Of a stretch of 28,425 bases of DNA, positions 7,805 through 16,084 are shown in pieces (position 1 is the first letter of the stretch; the number at the start of each line of letters is the position of its first letter). Where the stretch lies: positions 1 to 28,425 of the forward strand of contig JAXDQU010000062.1 in the NCBI GenBank assembly GCA_034667685.1, in the 5' to 3' direction. This DNA comes from Thermoplasmata archaeon (GTDB lineage Archaea > Thermoplasmatota > SW-10-69-26 > JACQPN01 > JAJPHT01). A program made the translations under genes and the position numbers. The notes under the pieces are model-generated. The model ran no database searches, had not been told where the DNA came from, and saw only the letters and a program-made list of their open reading frames with translations.

Positions 7805-8660
7805 AGTCGTAGTCCGAGGGGGCCTCGACGCGGGCTCCCTCGGGGGCTTTTCCGGTGGCCGAGAGCGCCCGCGCGACGCGCGCCGCCTCGGCCACCCTCT
7901 CTTCTCGCCACCCTTCCACGAGCGCCGCGACGTGCGGCGTGCCGATCAGGTTCTCCGGCAGCGCGGCTTCGGGCGGGTAGCGCCACCAGACGTCCGTCGC
8001 GTACGTGAAGCGCAGGTGCGCGCGCAGGTGATCGAGGAGCGCCTCGCGCTGGACGATCTTGCCGCGGGCGACGTTGACGAGCACGGCGTCCTCCTTCATG
8101 CGCGCGAGCCGGCCCGCGTCGATCAGGCCCTTCGTGTCGCGCGTGAGCGGCAGCGCGATGACGATGGCGTCGGCGTCCGCGAGGAGCGCGTCGAGGTCGC
8201 CGCCGCGCCGCCACACGCGCACGCGCATGTCGAGCGCGTCGGCCCGCGCCGCGATGCGCATGCCGATCGCGCCGGCGCCCAGCACGAGCGCCTCGGAGCC
8301 CGCCACGCGCCGGCCCGCGACGACCTGGTCGAAACGCCCCTCGCGCAGGGCGCGGTCCTGCTGCGGGATGCGCCGGAAGGCGGCGAGCAGCAGCGCGAGG
8401 GCGTGCTCGGCGATGGCCGGCGCGCCCGGCCCGTGGAGCGACACGACCCGCGCCTGGGGCGGCAGCTTGGCGAACGGCACGTGGTCGGCGCCGGCCGCCA
8501 GCGAGACGATCCAGCGCAGCCGGGGCGCGCGGGCCCACGTGCCCTCCGGGAGGTCCGCGAACGACTCGACCACCGCGACGTCGGCCTCCTCCAGGGGCGC
8601 GTCCTCCGGCAGGAGCCGGCGCTCCTCGGCGCTCAGGGGGAGCAGGGGCGCGATCGGCAC
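7797..8660 (-). CDS. D-isomer specific 2-hydroxyacid dehydrogenase
   Basis: AGADH, LGAGAIG, LPLTRDT, VNVARG, TDVWW, TPHVA motifs; GTG start at 8660. Confidence 0.92.
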   Translation of the reverse strand: MPIAPLLPLSAEERRLLPEDAPLEEADVAVVESFADLPEGTWARAPRLRWIVSLAAGADHVPFAKLPPQARVVSLHGPGAPAIAEHALALLLAAFRRIPQQDRALREGRFDQVVAGRRVAGSEALVLGAGAIGMRIAARADALDMRVRVWRRGGDLDALLADADAIVIALPLTRDTKGLIDAGRLARMKEDAVLVNVARGKIVQREALLDHLRAHLRFTYATDVWWRYPPEAALPENLIGTPHVAALVEGWREERVAEAARVARALSATGKAPEGARVEAPSDYDFR

Positions 8661-8683
8661 GCTCCCCGCACCCGACGGCCGGA

Positions 8684-8953
8684 GGCTTGGGCGTTGCGCC
8701 GAGGGGGGCGAGGGCAAATCTTGCTCCCAGGACTGTTTGCAGGCGCTCCCTTCTCAACACCGCGCATCCGAGTCATCCGCGGATTCCGGGATTCTCGGTG
8801 TTGGGAAGGGGGCGCCACGAAGACAGGCATGGAACAGGACCTTGCCCTCGTCCTCTTCCTCGCCCGGTTGTATGGACCTGCCTGACAACCAACGAGACAT
8901 GCGGCCCCTGAGGAACGGTGGGCGCAGATCCCTTGGGGGGATTCGCCTGAGCC
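8684..8953 (+). ncRNA. Unclassified highly structured RNA (ncRNA or leader)
   Basis: Nested helices: 8684-93/8944-53, 8694-8700/8921-27, 8701-17/8842-58, 8719-23/8835-39, 8733-38/8821-26, 8742-62/8796-8816, 8866-71/8885-90; the non-Watson-Crick pairs in these helices are G-U on the + strand. Confidence 0.65.
8829..8885 (+). CDS. Putative 18-aa hydrophobic leader or toxin-like peptide
   Basis: MEQDLALVLFLARLYGPA; overlaps the ATG at 8872 of the next ORF. Confidence 0.3.
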   Translation: MEQDLALVLFLARLYGPA

Positions 8954-9126
8954 AAGACACCGAGATGACCAAGGACCTGAAAGTGCGCCTGCCGATGCAG
9001 TACCACATGAAGCTCCAGACCCTGAAGATCCTGAAGGGCAAGAACATGAGCGACTCGCTCTGCGAGGCCCTCGACGCGTACTTCGCACAGCACGCGGCCA
9101 AGGCCGGCGAGCTGGCCCTCGCGTAG
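8872..9126 (+). CDS. Small ribbon-helix-helix DNA-binding protein; start could be 8872, 8899 or 8965
   Basis: KDLKVRLP (strand), QYHMKLQTLKILKG (helix), NMSDSLCEALDAYF (helix) pattern; strong coding-like codon bias after 8965. Confidence 0.75.
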   Translation: MDLPDNQRDMRPLRNGGRRSLGGIRLSQDTEMTKDLKVRLPMQYHMKLQTLKILKGKNMSDSLCEALDAYFAQHAAKAGELALA

Positions 9127-9222
9127 CCGACCATTCCCCGGGCCCGCGCCCAGCCTCTCCCACACTCTCCCGTGGCGCGGGCCCCTGAACCTTTATCGCA
9201 CGCCCGCCGCGTGGCGCTTGGC

Positions 9223-10413
9223 GTGCTCCTCGTTGGCGTCGACGATACGGACAGTCGCGCCGGCGGCTGCACCACCGTCTTCGCCCACCTGCTCGCGGAG
9301 GAGCTGGGCCCGCTCGCCGCGCCGCCGCGGCTGGTGCGCCTCAACCCGAACGTGCCCTGGAAGACGCGCGGCAACGGCGCCCTCGCGCTCGCGTTCGAGG
9401 CGCGACTGCCGCTCGCGGACGCGCTCGCGCGGACGAAGCGGATCGTGGAGACGCACGCCCAACGCGCCGAGGGGACGTCGCCCGGCGTCGTCGTCAGCGA
9501 GGCGCCGCTCGATCCCACGCTCTACCGCGCCGCCGTGACGCGCATCGTCGAGCGGCGCGAGGCCGACGCCGCCATCGGCGAAGCCGGCGCGCTCGCGTGG
9601 GGCGGGCGCGGCGTCGTCGGAGCCGCGGCGGCGCTCGCGTGGCCCGCGCTCGACGCGACGTGGGAGCGCATCGCGCACCGCGAGCCCGCGCGCATCGGCA
9701 CGCCGCGCGCCATCGATCCCACCGCCGTGCGCCAGGTCGAGGAGTCCTTCCCCGGGCTTTTTGATAGCTATGATCTCGTCGAGGACGACGTCGTCTGCGT
9801 GCCCGCCTCGCCCTGTCCGGTCCTGTGGGGCCTGCGCGGCGACGACCCCGGGGCCGCGGAAGAAGCCGCGCGTCTCATGGGCCCCGAGCGGCCGGCGCGC
9901 GAGACGTTGTTTCTCACCAACCAGGGGACCGACGACCACCTCGTCGACGACGCGGCTCCGCAGGCGTACGCGAGCCTCCGCGCGCGCGCCCGGGTCGCGG
10001 CGGCGCCCATCGAGCGCAACGGCCACATCTGGGTCGAGCTGGAGGGGGGCCTGCGCGCCGCGGCCTACGCGCCCACGCGCTCCTTCCGCGCCCTGGTCCG
10101 CCAGCTCGCGCCCGAGGATGATATCACGGCGTGCGGCGGCATCCACGAGGGCCCCGACGGGCGCCTGACGATGGGCCTGGAGAAGCTGCGCGTCCACGCG
10201 ACCGCGCCGCGCAAGCTGGGGAATCCGCCGTGCCCCTCGTGCGGGAGGTCGATGAAGAGCGCGGGCCGCGGCGCGGGCTGGCGTTGCCGCGCCTGCCACA
10301 CGCGGGCAGACCGGCCGCGCACCACCGACGCCGCGATCGGGCTGGGCTGGCACGAGGTCCCCGCGAGCGCGCGCCGCCACCTCGCGCTGCCGCTCAAGAG
10401 GATGCGCGGATGA
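9223..10413 (+). CDS. tiaS: tRNA(Ile2) 2-agmatinylcytidine synthetase
   Basis: GVDDTDS..GGCTT, RLVRLNPNVPWKTRGN, PVLWGLRG, TNQGTDDH, CPSC...CRAC, ARRHL; CTTTAT at 9191. Confidence 0.95.
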   Translation: MLLVGVDDTDSRAGGCTTVFAHLLAEELGPLAAPPRLVRLNPNVPWKTRGNGALALAFEARLPLADALARTKRIVETHAQRAEGTSPGVVVSEAPLDPTLYRAAVTRIVERREADAAIGEAGALAWGGRGVVGAAAALAWPALDATWERIAHREPARIGTPRAIDPTAVRQVEESFPGLFDSYDLVEDDVVCVPASPCPVLWGLRGDDPGAAEEAARLMGPERPARETLFLTNQGTDDHLVDDAAPQAYASLRARARVAAAPIERNGHIWVELEGGLRAAAYAPTRSFRALVRQLAPEDDITACGGIHEGPDGRLTMGLEKLRVHATAPRKLGNPPCPSCGRSMKSAGRGAGWRCRACHTRADRPRTTDAAIGLGWHEVPASARRHLALPLKRMRG

Positions 10414-10901
10414 AGGTCCGCCGCGTCACGCCCGCGGAGCAGGAACGATATCGCGCGTTCCGGCTGCGCGCGCTCGCCGAGGACCCCGCGGCGTTCGGCC
10501 GCGCGCTCGCGGAGGAGCAGGCGTTCCCGCCCGAGGAATGGACGAGGCGCCTGACGCGGCCCGGCGTCGCGACGTTCGTGGCCGAGGAAGCCGACGCGTG
10601 GCTCGGCATGGCGGGCGCCGGTCTCCACGTCGAGGGGCCGCCCGAGGTCTTCGGGATGTGGGTCGCGCCCGAAGCGCGCAGTCGGGGCGTGGGGCTCGCG
10701 CTGCTGGACGCATGCGCGGCGTGGGCGCGCGAGCAGGGCGCGACCCGGCTGACGCTATGGGTCAACCTCGCGCAGGCACCCGCGCTCCGGCTCTACCGCA
10801 AGGCAGGCTTCGCGCCCGAGGGCGAGCCGATGCGCGGGACGCGCGACCCGACGCGCGTCTTCCAATCCATGACGAAGGCTCTTGAGCCGGACGCGGATTG
10901 A
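10410..10901 (+). CDS. GNAT family N-acetyltransferase
   Basis: RLRALAEDPAAF, MWVAPEARSRGVG, ALRLYRKAGF; ATGA overlap with tiaS. Confidence 0.92.
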   Translation: MKVRRVTPAEQERYRAFRLRALAEDPAAFGRALAEEQAFPPEEWTRRLTRPGVATFVAEEADAWLGMAGAGLHVEGPPEVFGMWVAPEARSRGVGLALLDACAAWAREQGATRLTLWVNLAQAPALRLYRKAGFAPEGEPMRGTRDPTRVFQSMTKALEPDAD

Positions 10902-10906
10902 GGCGC

Positions 10907-11521
10907 ATGCTCATCCGGCCCCACGACGAGGCGGCGCCCGGGCAGTGGCGCGCGATCCTCGCGGAGCACGACTTCGGCCAGTTCGTCTTCCCGGGATCGG
11001 GCGCCGCGATGCCTGCGATCGTGCCGAGCCACTTCGTCCTGGCAGGGGAGGATCGCGTGCTCGCGCACTTCACGCGCGACAACCCGCTCTGGGCGCGCGT
11101 CGCCGAGTCGCCGCGCTGCGCGCTCGCCGTGATCGCCGGCTACACGTACGTCCCCTCGGCGTGGAACGCATCGCGCGACGAGGGCACGGCATACGGCGTG
11201 CCCACGAGCTACTACGCCGCGGTCCAGCTCGAAGGGACGTGCCGGCCGCTCGACGATCCGCGCGAGACGGCGGACCTTCTCAACGCGATGCTCGCGCACT
11301 TCGAGCCGGAGAGGGCCCGCCGGCGCGTCGAGCCTGGCGACAACCCCGACGCGCGGCAGTTCCACGCGATTCGCGGGCTGGAGATGCGCATCGAGCGCGT
11401 GCGCGCCAAGACCAAGCTCGGCGGCAACCGCTCGCCCGAGCACCGCGCGAAGGTCAAGGCGCTGCTCGAGGCGCGCGGCGGGGCGCAGGACGTCGTCGCG
11501 GCGTCGTTCATGCGCAGCTAG
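10907..11521 (+). CDS. PaiB-like split-barrel protein (FMN-binding negative transcriptional regulator family)
   Basis: AHFTRDNP, YVPSAW, VPTSYYAAVQLEG, KTKLGGNR. Confidence 0.88.
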   Translation: MLIRPHDEAAPGQWRAILAEHDFGQFVFPGSGAAMPAIVPSHFVLAGEDRVLAHFTRDNPLWARVAESPRCALAVIAGYTYVPSAWNASRDEGTAYGVPTSYYAAVQLEGTCRPLDDPRETADLLNAMLAHFEPERARRRVEPGDNPDARQFHAIRGLEMRIERVRAKTKLGGNRSPEHRAKVKALLEARGGAQDVVAASFMRS

Positions 11522-11552
11522 GCTCATGTGCCCGGGCCGCGTCGGCGAAGCG

Positions 11553-13181
11553 ATGCTCGCCCTGGGCGTCGAGGGCACGGCGCACACCATCGCCGTGGGC
11601 ATCGTGCGCGGCGAGCCCGGGCGCCGTCCCGAGATCCTCGCGTCCGAGGGCGACATGCTTCGTCCCGCGGCCGGCGGCATCCACCCGCGCGAAGCGGCGA
11701 ACCACCACGCCGCGCTCGGGCCCGAGGTGCTATCACGCGCGCTCGCGGCGGCCGGCGTGCGGCCCGCGGAGCTGGACCTCGTCGCGTTCAGCCAGGGGCC
11801 GGGGCTCGGGCCGTGCCTGCGCACCGCGGCGACGATCGCGCGCGCCTTCGCCCTCGCCGCGGGCAAGCCGATCCTCGGCGTCAACCACTGCGTCGCGCAC
11901 CTGGAGATCGGCTCCGGGACGATCGACGCCAAGGACCCGGTGCTGCTCTACGCCAGCGGCGGCAACACGCAGGTGATCGCGTTCTCCGGCGGCCGTTACC
12001 GCGTCTTCGGCGAGACGGTGGACATCGGCGTGGGCAACATGCTCGACAAGTTCGCGCGCGAGGAGGGCCATCCTTTCCCGGGCGGGCCGGAGATCGAGAA
12101 GCTGGCGGCCCGCGGCCGGCACCTCCTGGACCTCCCCTACTCCGTGAAGGGCATGGACATGGCGTTCAGCGGCATGATGACCGCGGCGCGCGCGCACCGC
12201 GCCAAGGGCGCCCCGATGGAGGACGTGTGCTTCTCGCTCCAGGAGACGGCGTTCGCCATGCTCGTCGAGGTCACGGAGCGCGCGCTGGCGCACGCCGAGA
12301 AGAGCGAGGTCGTGCTCGGCGGCGGCGTGGCGTGCAACGAGCGCCTCTGGCAGATGACGCAGCGCATGTGCGTCGAGCGCGGCGCCGTCGCGTACCGTCC
12401 CGAGAAGCGCCTGCTCGTGGACAACGGCGCCATGATCGCGTGGCTGGGCATCCTGGAGCACGCGGCCGGCACGCGGCAGACGCTCGCCGAGACGAAGGTC
12501 GACCAGCGCCAGCGCACCGATGATATCATGGTCACGTGGCGCCGCGACGAGCCGCGCGCGTTCGCCGGAGCCGCCGGAGGACGATATCGCGGCGCGGAGT
12601 CCACCGTCGAGCCCGCGACGCTCTTCGGGCGCCCCGCGATCCGCAAGGCGCGCGCGGCGAAGGGCTACCGCCTCCCCGCGTTGGACGCCGCCCTGCGCGC
12701 CAGCCGTACCCGCGCCGAGGCCCGGCTCCTCGCGCAGGCGCGCCGCGCGGGGGTGCGCACGCCGCTCGTGTACGCGATCGAGGGCGACGCGCTCCTGCTG
12801 GAGCGGTTGCCCGGCGCGCAGCTCAAGGAGGCGCTGCGCCGCGAGCCCGCCCGCGCGCCCGCGTGGCTCGCCGCGACCGGCGCCGCCGTCGCCAAGCTCC
12901 ACGCCAAGGGCATCACGCACGGCGACCTCACGACCAGCAACGTGCTCGTCGAGGGAGACGACGTCTCCCTGGTCGACTTCGGCCTCGCGGCGCTCAACGC
13001 CGAGGACGAGGACATGGGCGGCGACCTGCACGTCATGCGCGAGGCGTTGGAGGCCACGCACGCCGACCTGCCCGGCGCGTTCGCGGACGTGCTGCGCGGC
13101 TACCGCGAGGCGGGCGGGAACGCAGCGGTGGAGAAGAAGCTCGAAGAGATCACTCGGCGCGGCCGCTACCGCGGGACTTGA
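11553..13181 (+). CDS. kae1: Bifunctional Kae1 t6A synthase / Bud32 kinase fusion (KEOPS)
   Basis: LGVEGTAHT, GGIHPREAA, GPGLGPCL, NHCVAHLE, SGGNTQ, DNGAMIA; then GAES, HGDLTTSN, DFGL. Confidence 0.96.
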   Translation: MLALGVEGTAHTIAVGIVRGEPGRRPEILASEGDMLRPAAGGIHPREAANHHAALGPEVLSRALAAAGVRPAELDLVAFSQGPGLGPCLRTAATIARAFALAAGKPILGVNHCVAHLEIGSGTIDAKDPVLLYASGGNTQVIAFSGGRYRVFGETVDIGVGNMLDKFAREEGHPFPGGPEIEKLAARGRHLLDLPYSVKGMDMAFSGMMTAARAHRAKGAPMEDVCFSLQETAFAMLVEVTERALAHAEKSEVVLGGGVACNERLWQMTQRMCVERGAVAYRPEKRLLVDNGAMIAWLGILEHAAGTRQTLAETKVDQRQRTDDIMVTWRRDEPRAFAGAAGGRYRGAESTVEPATLFGRPAIRKARAAKGYRLPALDAALRASRTRAEARLLAQARRAGVRTPLVYAIEGDALLLERLPGAQLKEALRREPARAPAWLAATGAAVAKLHAKGITHGDLTTSNVLVEGDDVSLVDFGLAALNAEDEDMGGDLHVMREALEATHADLPGAFADVLRGYREAGGNAAVEKKLEEITRRGRYRGT

Positions 13182-13428
13182 TCGCCTCGTAACCGACGGG
13201 CGCGGCGGCGACGATCGCGCCGAGGATCACGACGCCGAAGGCCATGCTGCGCTGCTGCACGAGCGCATTGCATTGCGGCACGGCGGCGTTGTACGCGCCC
13301 ACGTCGTCCCGGAGCGCGGCGTTCTGGAGCGTGGCGGCGCACGCGCGGACCTCGTGCCCGACGACGAGCCCGGCGCCGGCGCCGAGGACCATGAGGGCCA
13401 TGCCGGCCAGGAGGATCGCGGTGCGCAT
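13150..13428 (-). CDS. Small two-TM membrane protein with a Cys pair in the loop
   Basis: MRTAILLAGMALMVLG...C...C...AFGVVILGAIVAAA; CTTAT about 26 nt upstream; convergent 32-nt overlap with kae1. Confidence 0.7.
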   Translation of the reverse strand: MRTAILLAGMALMVLGAGAGLVVGHEVRACAATLQNAALRDDVGAYNAAVPQCNALVQQRSMAFGVVILGAIVAAAPVGYEAIKSRGSGRAE

Positions 13429-13485
13429 GGCGCGAGGCTCCTGGCGGCCGGGCATAAGGCATCTTGGACGCCCGTTCTCCGCCTC

Positions 13486-13562
13486 CCAGCCACAGAGGGA
13501 CACAGAGGTCACAGAGGCGCGTTTTCTCGTCCTCTGTGACCTCTGTGTCCCTCTGTGGCTGG
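13486..13562. repeat. Perfect 32-bp inverted repeat built from tandem CACAGAGG units
   Basis: 13486-13517 is the exact reverse complement of 13531-13562; 13-nt loop. Confidence 0.92.
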
Positions 13563-13612
13563 AGAGGAAGTGGGAAGAAAGGTCGATGCGAGGGGCCCGC
13601 GCTCGCGGAGGC

Positions 13613-14164
13613 ATGCACCTCACCTTCGTCACGTCGAACAAGGGCAAGCTCCACGAGGCCAAGACAGCCCTTGCCCCCCTCGGGATCGACGTCGTGGGCT
13701 CCGACCTCAGGCCCGTGGAGATCCAGGCCGACACCCTGGAGGAGATCGCGCGGGCCAAGTGCGAGGTGCTCGCGGGCCGCGTCGCGGCGCCCTACATCGT
13801 GGACGATGGCGGGCTCTTCGTCCACGCGCTGAAGGGCTTCCCAGGCGTGTTCAGCGCGCACGCGCTCCAGACGATCGGCGTGCCTGGCGTGCTGAAGCTC
13901 CTGGAGGGGGTGGAGGAGCGCCGCGCGCACTTCGCGGCGGTGGTGGGGTACCACGACGGGCGCGAGGTCCGGCTCTTCGCGGGCCGGTGCGACGGGCACC
14001 TCGTCCACGCGCCGCGCAGCGACGGCCACGGCTTCGGCTTCGACCCGATCTTCGTCCCCGACGGGCACGAGAAGACGTTCGGCGAGCTGCCCGCCGAGGT
14101 CAAGAACAGGATCTCGCACCGCGGCCGCGCGCTCGCGCAGCTCGTGGCGCACCTGGGCGCGTGA
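13613..14164 (+). CDS. rdgB: RdgB/HAM1 XTP/dITP diphosphatase
   Basis: FVTSNKGK, EIQ, DDGGL..ALKGFPG, GFGFDPIF, KNRISHR. Confidence 0.95.
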   Translation: MHLTFVTSNKGKLHEAKTALAPLGIDVVGSDLRPVEIQADTLEEIARAKCEVLAGRVAAPYIVDDGGLFVHALKGFPGVFSAHALQTIGVPGVLKLLEGVEERRAHFAAVVGYHDGREVRLFAGRCDGHLVHAPRSDGHGFGFDPIFVPDGHEKTFGELPAEVKNRISHRGRALAQLVAHLGA

Positions 14165-14169
14165 GCCGC

Positions 14170-14403
14170 TCAGGAAAGCGCGTCCCACGTGCGGCCCGCG
14201 TCCGCGGTCACGACGCAGACCGGGATGTCCAGGTCGCAGAGGCTGCAGGGCTGGGCGCTGGGACGGGGAACGGGCGGGTTCCCCTCGAGGCAGACGTACA
14301 GGGGGAGGTCGGACTTCACCGCGTCGAGGATGGAGGGCTGCGCGCTGGCCGCGGGCACCGCGAAGAGGAGCGAAAGCGCGAGCGGAAGAAACAGGCCCCG
14401 CAT
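14170..14403 (-). CDS. Small secreted Cys-containing protein
   Basis: Signal peptide MRGLFLPLALSLLFAVPAASA; 4 Cys in the mature part. Confidence 0.65.
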   Translation of the reverse strand: MRGLFLPLALSLLFAVPAASAQPSILDAVKSDLPLYVCLEGNPPVPRPSAQPCSLCDLDIPVCVVTADAGRTWDALS

Positions 14404-14517
14404 GGCGCGCCATGGCGCGGGGAGGTCCTGAACCTGCCGCGCCCTCGGCCCTCATTCCACCAGGAGTTCGTGGAAAATCATATGGCCCATGGCGGCCTCC
14501 GCCGAGGGGAGAGAGCC

Positions 14518-16053
14518 GTGCGCGCGTTCGTTCTGCTAGTGGCGGCGTCGGTCCTCCTCCCCGCCGCCGCGGCCGCCTCGGCCGTCGACGCGACCCTCTC
14601 GCTTCCCGACGGGGCCCTTCTCGACGGGACGATCCACGTGCGCGATGCCTCGGGCCTCCTGGACCTCGCCGGCGTCACCGCCCCGGGCGTCAGGCTCGCG
14701 TGGACCCACGCGGAAGGATACTTCGTGGAGCGCGCGCGGCAGGACTACGGCATGGCCCCCGGCGCGGGGATGGGCTTGCCGCCCACGATCCACAACGAGA
14801 GCCTGGCGTTCTCGGCCGGCTCCATCGGCGGCTTCGCGTGCCACGACCCGTGCCTCCTCACCATCGCCCCGGTCGAAGGGCTCGGCGCGGTCGGCGCGGA
14901 CCTCGACGCGAAGACGCCGCTCGCGTGGACCACGGCCCCCCGCGTGGACGACGTCGGCTCGCCGGCCCAGGGCGACCCCGACTCCTACTCCCGGACCACC
15001 CCGGAGGGCGCCTCGGTCTGGGACGCCAGCGGCGCGACCGTGGACGGGCAGGTCGAGATCGTCCTCTGGGGCGTCAGCGCCGACGTGCTCGCCAACGTCT
15101 CGCGCCACGTCGAGACCGGCACCACCTCGACGCGCACGCCCCTTGCGGGCGGCCTGGCGTGGGCCGACGAGGTCCACACGGGGTTCCTCGTCCTGCGCGC
15201 CTCCGGGGCGCACCTGGTGGGCCAGCCCGCCGGCGCGTTCCTGCTGGCGCCCCAGCCGCGCGTCGCGTGCGACTGCGCCTTCGAAGCGTCGGACGCCTCC
15301 GGACGGGTCGAGGCCGGCGGGCAGGGCCAGGACGTCCGCGGGACGCGCGTCGCCATCACCGGCCACCTGCAGCTCGCCATCCTCGGGCCGCGGGAAGCCG
15401 CGCTCCCGCTGGGCCGCGCGCCGGCGCGCGTCGAGGTCGCCGGCAGCGCCACGCGCGTCGTCATCGGCGGCGAGACACTCGTCGCGGTCGCGCCCGGCCC
15501 CGCCGCCGTCGCGGCCGGAGCGGGCCTCGGCGTCGTCGCGCTCCTCCTGGGCGCCCTCGCGCTCTACACGCGCATCGCCAGGTCGGACATCCTGGAGAAC
15601 GCGAACCGCCAGCGCCTCCACGCCGCGCTCCAGGCCGGCCCGCCCCGGACGATCCCGGAGCTTCAACGCGCGACGGGCCTGAAGCGCGTCGTCCTGCGCC
15701 ACCACCTCGTGATGCTGGAGCGCTCCGGGCTCGTCGCGTCGACGAGCGTCGGCCCCACGCGCCTCTACCACGCCGGCCCGCCGCGCTCCGCGCTCGACCC
15801 CGCGCTCGTCGCGTCGTTGCGCACGCCGGCCCGCGCCGCCCTCGCGCGGCACCTCGTGGACCTGGGCCGCGCGACGCGCGCCGACCTGATGGCGGCCTCG
15901 GGCTTCTCGAAGCGCCTCGTCTCCTACCACGTCCGGTGCCTCGAAGCGGCCGGGCTGGTCACGGTCGAGGGGAAGCCGCGCCGGTACGCGCCCGCGGCCC
16001 CGCTCCGGGCATGGGCAGGCGAGGACGCTTCCCTCGGCCCCGTCCTCGCGTAG
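14518..16053 (+). CDS. Membrane-anchored regulator: extracellular beta-rich domain, TM helix, two winged-HTH domains
   Basis: GTG start with signal peptide; TM GLGVVALLLGALAL; LYTRI..SDILENANRQRL...HHLVMLERSG and VSYHVRCLEAAGLV. Confidence 0.85.
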   Translation: MRAFVLLVAASVLLPAAAAASAVDATLSLPDGALLDGTIHVRDASGLLDLAGVTAPGVRLAWTHAEGYFVERARQDYGMAPGAGMGLPPTIHNESLAFSAGSIGGFACHDPCLLTIAPVEGLGAVGADLDAKTPLAWTTAPRVDDVGSPAQGDPDSYSRTTPEGASVWDASGATVDGQVEIVLWGVSADVLANVSRHVETGTTSTRTPLAGGLAWADEVHTGFLVLRASGAHLVGQPAGAFLLAPQPRVACDCAFEASDASGRVEAGGQGQDVRGTRVAITGHLQLAILGPREAALPLGRAPARVEVAGSATRVVIGGETLVAVAPGPAAVAAGAGLGVVALLLGALALYTRIARSDILENANRQRLHAALQAGPPRTIPELQRATGLKRVVLRHHLVMLERSGLVASTSVGPTRLYHAGPPRSALDPALVASLRTPARAALARHLVDLGRATRADLMAASGFSKRLVSYHVRCLEAAGLVTVEGKPRRYAPAAPLRAWAGEDASLGPVLA

Positions 16054-16084
16054 CCTCAAGCGCGGCGGGCGCGATGCGCGCCGC

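Noticed and set aside
8684-8953. RNase P, SRP, retron msr-msd, hammerhead or HDV ribozyme identity for the structured RNA
   Set aside because: No GAGGAAAGUCC or SRP helix-8 motif; no reverse transcriptase in the window; CUGAGGA (8908) lacks a following stem plus GAAA; UCCUCGC lacks the HDV P3 pairing.
11553-13181. Kae1-Bud32 fusion as a novelty
   Set aside because: Well known in several euryarchaeal and Thermoplasmata lineages.
13486-13562. CRISPR array
   Set aside because: Units are 9-10 nt and inverted, with no spacers and no cas genes.
13555-16053. 832-aa version of the regulator, and extended N-termini of ORFs 129..1388, 1304..2650, 6077..7804, 7797..8717 and 22947..27677
   Set aside because: The extensions overlap other genes or promoters; signal peptides and motifs indicate the downstream starts used here.
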